From NCBI GenBank assembly GCA_964459715.1, contig CAYWNS010000001.1, positions 9,884 to 73,883 of the forward strand: a stretch of DNA of 64,000 bases, read 5' to 3'. Below are positions 59,201-64,000 of this stretch, one piece after another. The position numbers and the translations under genes are program-made. The stretch comes from an uncultured Akkermansia sp. (GTDB lineage Bacteria; Verrucomicrobiota; Verrucomicrobiia; Verrucomicrobiales; Akkermansiaceae). The stretch's first letter is position 1, and every line of letters starts with the position of its first letter. Below the pieces are notes generated by a model. That model was not told the origin of the DNA. It made no database searches and saw nothing but the letters and a program-made list of their open reading frames with translations.

Positions 59201-62200
59201 GCCCCCGATGGTGTAGTGACTTTGACCAAGCTGGTCAGCACCGGCGCAAACGCGCGCGTCACGGTGGACGGCGGTACGTTGACTGTGGGACCTAAACCGA
59301 CCGGTGATCCCGGTACCCCGGAGCTGGTTTTGCAGATGACCGACTCCGGGAGCATCGATGTGCAGAATGATGGGTCGTTGGTTGTGTACGGGCACGTCGG
59401 TAAAGGAGGGAATTACGGAAGGATCGGATCATTGACGATGAGCGGAGAGGGGAGTAGTGTGGACATCCACGGTGATCTGTATACCACGACCGCCGGGGTT
59501 CATGGCGGCACACTGGAGGTGCAGGGAGTCTTGGCATTGTCGGATCCCGAGGCGGGTGTTGTTTTTACCATCGATGGCGGCGGCAGCGTGACAACCGGGA
59601 GCATCGTGCAGAGTGCAAGTGGACACGCCGGGCGCATTTTGGTGGGCTATGTGGATGCGGATAACGCCGAGAATAACACGAAGGGAGCGTTGGAGGTGGG
59701 TTCGGAGGCGGCATTTGATGCCGCGTCAAGCACGGATGTGCTTAAAACACGGGGCATGAAGGTACAGGCGGAGGGTTCCGTGGTCACGGTATGGGGAGAT
59801 GTCAATATCTGGTCGAGCTATGTAGACAGCCTCGCCCTCATAGTCGATGGCGGTACTATGGACATTAAGGGCAGTTTGCACGGGAAGAATGCCACCGCTG
59901 CGTGTACCGGAGTAGACGTTACCGGCGGCGGAAATCTCACCATCGGTGGGAATATGTATGCTTCCGGGTTGAACGTTGAAGGAGAGGGCAGCAGCTTGGC
60001 AGTTACCGGAGGCATCATCGTATCGAGCAACAGTAGCCCCATGACGGTGGCGGGAGGGGGAAGTTTGACCGCCGGATCGATCTCCGGAGGTGAAAATGGT
60101 CAAAACGGAGAATATTTCAGTCACTCGCACGCATCGACACTGAAGGTGGGTGGAGGGGATGGGAGTGTGGGCACGGTGGTGGTGGGGAGTGAGGACAGTC
60201 CGGATGCGCTCTTGCAGGTAAAACAACTGGTAGTCAACGGTACAGGAAGCAGTGTGACAGTGTGGGGGAATCTGTCTTCCAGTTACAGTGAGGCTAGCAG
60301 TATAACGGGTGGCAGAGTAACGGTAAGCGGCGGCATGGTGCAGGTGGGGGCACTTACCATCGACGGTGGCACGTTGAATGTGGGTGGGTATTACGCGAAA
60401 GCGAGCGATGCCACGACCACGAACGGCGGAGCCATCACCCTGAGCAACGGCGGCAGCATGACCGTGGGCGGGGGACTGCATTCCTCTTCCGTGACGCTTA
60501 CCGGAGCGGCGGACAAGCAGAGCAAGCTCACGCTGTCGGATGCGCAGACGGAAACAGAGAATACGGTGGGCAGCTTGAGTGTGGGGGCAAACACCACGGT
60601 AGAGGTCGGGACAAAGCAAACGCTCACAGTGGGAAGCATGAGCGGCGCGGGGGATATAACGATTAAGACCGCGGGCACAGTGACGGCAACCGAGGAGTTG
60701 ACAAGTGACTACACCGGGACGGTGACGCTGGACGGCGGGACCTTCACCGGCAAGACGGCGGCGGGGGCTACGCTGGGCGTGGTGATGGCGAATGGGGCGA
60801 ACGGCGGCACGCTGAATGGCGTGGATGGAGAGTTGACGGCGACACTGAGCGGCACGGGGACGGGAACCTTGACGGCGCAGGGGACACTGACGCTGAGTGG
60901 TGTGATTGCGGGGCAGCTGCGGGTGGCTGACGAAGCCCAAGTGACAATCACCGGCGACTTGAATGTGGGTAGACTGGACGGTGGCGAGAGCAGCACAGTG
61001 GACGGCGACGGTAACCTGACCATCACCGGTGGGGGCGGTAGTTTCGGTGGACCGCTGACGGTGGGAAGTCTGACAATGAACGGCAGCGGCACACAGACCT
61101 TCACCGGCAGTACTACCGTGAACGGGAGCGTGAGTGTGGCTCAGGGTGAGTTGATACTGCAGGGAGAGACTAGCTTGGTGGGGGGAGCGGACGTGCGCGG
61201 GGGAACTTTGACATTGAAGAATGCAGAAACCACACTGGGAGGGGAGGGCGCGAAGCTGAAGGTAGGAACGAATAGCAGCATTGTGCTCGACTTCGGCAGT
61301 GAGTCATGGAATCAGAATGACGGGGGCAACATCAACGTCGAGCTCGCGGGAGGTACGCTCGATATGAGCAAGCTCACGGGGGACAAAAACACGCAGGAGG
61401 TTCATCTGAACCACCTCAGCGGCACCGGGGGGAATCTGACATGGAACGACAGTCTCGAGACCGGCAACAAGCAGAGTGTGCACGTGGGAGAGTTGAGCTT
61501 GGAAAGCGGCACTTTAAACTTCGGGATGCTGGGAGACGGGCAGGAACTGCATCTGAAGCAGCTGAAGAATGTGAACGGGTCGATTACCGGGGAAGCGAAC
61601 GGCGGCAAGGTGTACTTGGGGTACGTGAATCAGGAGACAGGGACCGGGTCAATCCAAGTGACCGGTGGAGAAATACATGTGCATCGGCACAGGGGGGGGA
61701 ACCCGGACGGATTTTGGAAGCAGGGAGAGGGGAGTTTTGCCGTCAAGAGTAAGCTGATTGTGGAGGAGGGAAGCAGCCTGTATATGAACTACGACGGCAC
61801 GCTCACGTTTGGAGCGAGCGATACTGACGGCAGTGTGGGGACAGGTTTGACCGGCGGCGAGATCAGCGTGGCGAGTGGAGTGACGTTTAAGTACACGGAC
61901 CAAACCAAGCTGCTCTTGCTGGGGTCGGGATTGTTCGATGATTTTACGAAGGAACATGGCAGCTCTCTGCACCTCGATTTGACACAGACGGACCTTTCTC
62001 GTCTCTCGGGAGGCTTCGATCTCGGGATTGTATCGGAAACGGAAAACAGAGACCTTCTGGATCAGCTGACCGGGGTGATTGAATTGGACGACATCGAGTT
62101 CGAGGGTCACACGGAGGGGGAGACGGCGGGGCACTTTGAGTTGAAGTGGAACAAAGAATCCAATGATACCTACCATTTGTACCTCAGCATTGTGGGCGAG

Positions 62201-64000
62201 TTTACGATCAGCGAGCCGGAGTGGGATATGGCGTGGGGGGATGGCTTGATCGGGGCCCCGAGCAACGCTGATATGAATAAGCATACGTGGAGTGGGGGCG
62301 ACGATACGTTCCACGCGTCTACGGGGACGGCGGGAGGATTTACGGCGCACGCGCTGGAGCTCGGGACCGGCAGCGGCTACATCGATGGGATGCACACGCT
62401 CATACGCCTCATGCAGGGCGCGGCGAAGACGGATGAAAAGACGGCAGCCACGGTGATAGGAGGAATCATCATGGATGATGCCAATGACCCGAAAAATTCG
62501 TACTTCGACAGCTACATCGAGTACAACGCGCAGGGAGACAAGGACCACATCCATCTGCTGGTAGGGGGCAGCAGCTGCGTCTACGCGGGGGGAGGCGAGG
62601 GGGCATACGCGAGCTTTGAGGGCACGAGCCACATTCAGGTGGAGAGCGGGACGGTGGATTACATCGTGGGCGGCAACCACGTGAACAACAGCACCTTCAC
62701 GTTCAAGGGCGACAGCTACATCACGGTATTCGGCGGGCAGGTGCTCGGGAGTGTGGTGGGCGGAAGTACATTGACCAAGGGGACGAGTGATGACAGCCTG
62801 TACGCGTTCAACGGGAACACCAACATCTTCATCTACACGCCTTTGCAGGGCACCCAAGACCGCGAGGGTGGTGACACGCCTGTTATAGCCGACGGAACGG
62901 AAAGCACGGGAGGCACGGGATACGGAGCGGCATTTACGGCGGTGGTGGGAGGCAACGCGTGGGTAGACTTCGCGACGGCAAAGGGGAAGGAAATGAAGCC
63001 GCAGTTCTTCGGGCACACCCACATCACGATCGACCTCGTCAACCCCGCCTACGAAGGCAATACGGAGAACCCGTATGATTTCGGAGCCGGGCGCGACAAG
63101 GGAAATTTTGAGAAAGCGATTGTGGGAGGCAACTACACGGCGGCGGTGACAGCGTCGGGAGAGGGGGGAGAGCGTACCACCGTTTTCCGAGGTGACGCGC
63201 AGATAGAGATATACGCCGGGGATGGACACATCTTCACTGCCGGGATCAACGGGGCGAGTCGGTGGGACTCCGGGGGTGCCGGTACCACAGAATTCATCGG
63301 TGACACCCACGTGGAAATCCACGGAGGGCAGTATACGGAAGCCGTGGCGGGCGGGATGTGGTTCAACGCCACAGGGGGGACAGGGGGTGCCTTGGCAAAG
63401 CACGAGGGAACATTCACGGGGGACACGGAGGTGCGGATAGAGGGTGGGCGACTCTGGCGCGTGGTGGGCGGAAACGTGAGTTTGGAAGGAGGGTCAGGGA
63501 GCAAGGAGACCTTCACCGGAGTGAGCAACGTGACGATCACCGGCGGGACCTTCAGCGCGCGCGAGCAGGACAGGTTGGAAGCGACGGCGATACCGGCGGT
63601 GGTCGGGGGCTCCTTCTACCGCAACACCACGGGCACGGCAACCCACGTGGGAGCGGGGGGAGGAAGCGTTGAAAGCGCACTCACCAACGTGACGATTAAC
63701 GGCGGCACCTTCGAATACGTCCATATCGTGGGAGGAGACTGCGTAAACATGAACAATGTGACGGATACAAGTATTACGCTGGAGGGCAGCACGCACTTGG
63801 TCATCGGGGAGCAAGGGAGTACGACGGAGCCTGAAATTGTCGGGCTGCTGTCGGGAGGAAGCCACCTGTCGGTAGGGCAGGAAGGGAAGAACGACAGCAT
63901 ATCCGTCGGTTCCACGACGGTGGAGATACACGGGGGAACCATAACGGCGGAGGGGATGGACGGCAATCCGCACGAGCACGGGAACGTGGCGATAGTGGCG
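56294..64000 (+). CDS. Giant Gly/Thr/Val-rich beta-helical surface protein, probable autotransporter passenger (>2569 aa, runs off window)
   Basis: ATG 56294 MKLHLPHGLRKALLACLAAV... The window end is in the same frame (...NVAIVA), and the ORF track shows no long + strand ORF terminating in between. Repeated LTVxG/VxGGTL strands, PATR-like MNGSGTQTFTGSTT, and later VVGG repeats. Confidence 0.85.
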   Translation, partial: MKLHLPHGLRKALLACLAAVASHCRLPRTVSTGTALLGIFSLLWSGSLRADEPLLPEDEILVDEEELPLAVNEIATFGEEVGILPIAVTTSSTEDINSGHSTLTNGNVTYSGDIYTWDVTKNTSFYNKGSATYTKWVAGSGDMMDGESKTAGSTDNLWQNFFHGKKTAVDNTTYDSLRLVGATGEAALTTDGMTSQGDSAFCIGGLIVEASESGGSYSISLRHSDTHSHALYWGAGTGEQGNKFEALILSDTTFTDIRSVADPTHEDETTYGFHIISDADVRIAKGKTLAVEAVMQIADGKTLNLSAVGEGEAAAFRVNGIDNSAVTAETPTLVVGDSVHMEVTGGVTGPLNLGLGANAEFSVGSGDMGLDTLTIGDAAAKGDGVTSSSLSANGGTVTVTGAVTLNDGYVLKLENVNFTVEGGLGLPDLGLKTAYGTLIVGTGATANISGAITGTTSVVVHQLKVAGGKLNVNQNTTYVNASGTLSEASTVMTEVTDGGTLVTQGFGTPYSVLVAGTNSSMTVNGNADLNNVACLTVKEGGSVTVTGNLGGNKSGAGAISVGSLAGAGSASGTLTVNGNLSCTSVTVQGEGSKLTVGGAVTLSAESTLGAGATFDLSGASAFNVTGTGLTINVGTADVATDGVFASGKLLLNTSLIGSLTELATSDKLTLKFTDLTAASFADANTWTCDLFAGMTLTGEDANALTAFLEGALDLSALESMNKESDIVVGTDGHVTIIFEGDNLTIDASSHSGGITWKNKGDIIWDDTGTGQKAKFKNGDNVAFSEQTDTTGTVTMEGELITGGFSVNQGKWTFANSEGGTHSLTIQGELTVSNESDVEWDSGVTALTITGDSVLIDAASWMGKNMVITLADSLEPTEGGKQIEISGSMTVKSLVTAAGSTEESHVTVENLGQLNVTDALTITTLTVGTVEESGVLSAQAVETTAQVVAGTVTLTGSGTSADDPKDVLHIAPDGVVTLTKLVSTGANARVTVDGGTLTVGPKPTGDPGTPELVLQMTDSGSIDVQNDGSLVVYGHVGKGGNYGRIGSLTMSGEGSSVDIHGDLYTTTAGVHGGTLEVQGVLALSDPEAGVVFTIDGGGSVTTGSIVQSASGHAGRILVGYVDADNAENNTKGALEVGSEAAFDAASSTDVLKTRGMKVQAEGSVVTVWGDVNIWSSYVDSLALIVDGGTMDIKGSLHGKNATAACTGVDVTGGGNLTIGGNMYASGLNVEGEGSSLAVTGGIIVSSNSSPMTVAGGGSLTAGSISGGENGQNGEYFSHSHASTLKVGGGDGSVGTVVVGSEDSPDALLQVKQLVVNGTGSSVTVWGNLSSSYSEASSITGGRVTVSGGMVQVGALTIDGGTLNVGGYYAKASDATTTNGGAITLSNGGSMTVGGGLHSSSVTLTGAADKQSKLTLSDAQTETENTVGSLSVGANTTVEVGTKQTLTVGSMSGAGDITIKTAGTVTATEELTSDYTGTVTLDGGTFTGKTAAGATLGVVMANGANGGTLNGVDGELTATLSGTGTGTLTAQGTLTLSGVIAGQLRVADEAQVTITGDLNVGRLDGGESSTVDGDGNLTITGGGGSFGGPLTVGSLTMNGSGTQTFTGSTTVNGSVSVAQGELILQGETSLVGGADVRGGTLTLKNAETTLGGEGAKLKVGTNSSIVLDFGSESWNQNDGGNINVELAGGTLDMSKLTGDKNTQEVHLNHLSGTGGNLTWNDSLETGNKQSVHVGELSLESGTLNFGMLGDGQELHLKQLKNVNGSITGEANGGKVYLGYVNQETGTGSIQVTGGEIHVHRHRGGNPDGFWKQGEGSFAVKSKLIVEEGSSLYMNYDGTLTFGASDTDGSVGTGLTGGEISVASGVTFKYTDQTKLLLLGSGLFDDFTKEHGSSLHLDLTQTDLSRLSGGFDLGIVSETENRDLLDQLTGVIELDDIEFEGHTEGETAGHFELKWNKESNDTYHLYLSIVGEFTISEPEWDMAWGDGLIGAPSNADMNKHTWSGGDDTFHASTGTAGGFTAHALELGTGSGYIDGMHTLIRLMQGAAKTDEKTAATVIGGIIMDDANDPKNSYFDSYIEYNAQGDKDHIHLLVGGSSCVYAGGGEGAYASFEGTSHIQVESGTVDYIVGGNHVNNSTFTFKGDSYITVFGGQVLGSVVGGSTLTKGTSDDSLYAFNGNTNIFIYTPLQGTQDREGGDTPVIADGTESTGGTGYGAAFTAVVGGNAWVDFATAKGKEMKPQFFGHTHITIDLVNPAYEGNTENPYDFGAGRDKGNFEKAIVGGNYTAAVTASGEGGERTTVFRGDAQIEIYAGDGHIFTAGINGASRWDSGGAGTTEFIGDTHVEIHGGQYTEAVAGGMWFNATGGTGGALAKHEGTFTGDTEVRIEGGRLWRVVGGNVSLEGGSGSKETFTGVSNVTITGGTFSAREQDRLEATAIPAVVGGSFYRNTTGTATHVGAGGGSVESALTNVTINGGTFEYVHIVGGDCVNMNNVTDTSITLEGSTHLVIGEQGSTTEPEIVGLLSGGSHLSVGQEGKNDSISVGSTTVEIHGGTITAEGMDGNPHEHGNVAIVA

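Noticed and set aside
56311-63979. Numerous minus-strand ORFs including 584 aa at 61649-63403
   Set aside because: Shadows of the giant + strand gene, with no recognizable motifs.

Overview
A 64-kb, fairly GC-rich bacterial chromosomal segment, most likely from an Akkermansia-like verrucomicrobium. That assignment is an inference from the MKLHLP-type N-terminus of a giant surface protein and the coaE-rho linkage. The backbone is housekeeping: pgi 3' end, ilvE, trkH/trkA, rlmI-like MTase, NifA-like sigma-54 activator, a moxR/Bat operon, nuoD-N, hrpA, ispE, ilvC, an ABC ATPase, a CoaE-Rho fusion, and a >2500-aa surface protein that runs off the right edge and is missing from the ORF track. The most striking feature is non-coding. 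Nearly every large intergenic gap holds a ~270-290-bp MITE-like repeat (family I: about 13 near-complete plus several partial copies, CACATCTGTCCC terminal inverted repeats, one copy with an 8-bp target duplication). A second ~200-bp repeat (family II) also occurs. Both share a variable-number AAGTACG heptamer tract, at which they appear to recombine. In 8 cases the same end of family I lies 18-32 bp upstream of the -35 box of an outward-facing sigma70-type promoter. Defence-type singleton genes and gene remnants (Eco57I-like MTase, DUF488 with a truncated partner, Fic, an orphan fragment) abut these repeats. Five genes appear to be leaderless, and local G/C skew flips repeatedly at operon and repeat boundaries. 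All calls are by eye from the sequence; no database searches were run.
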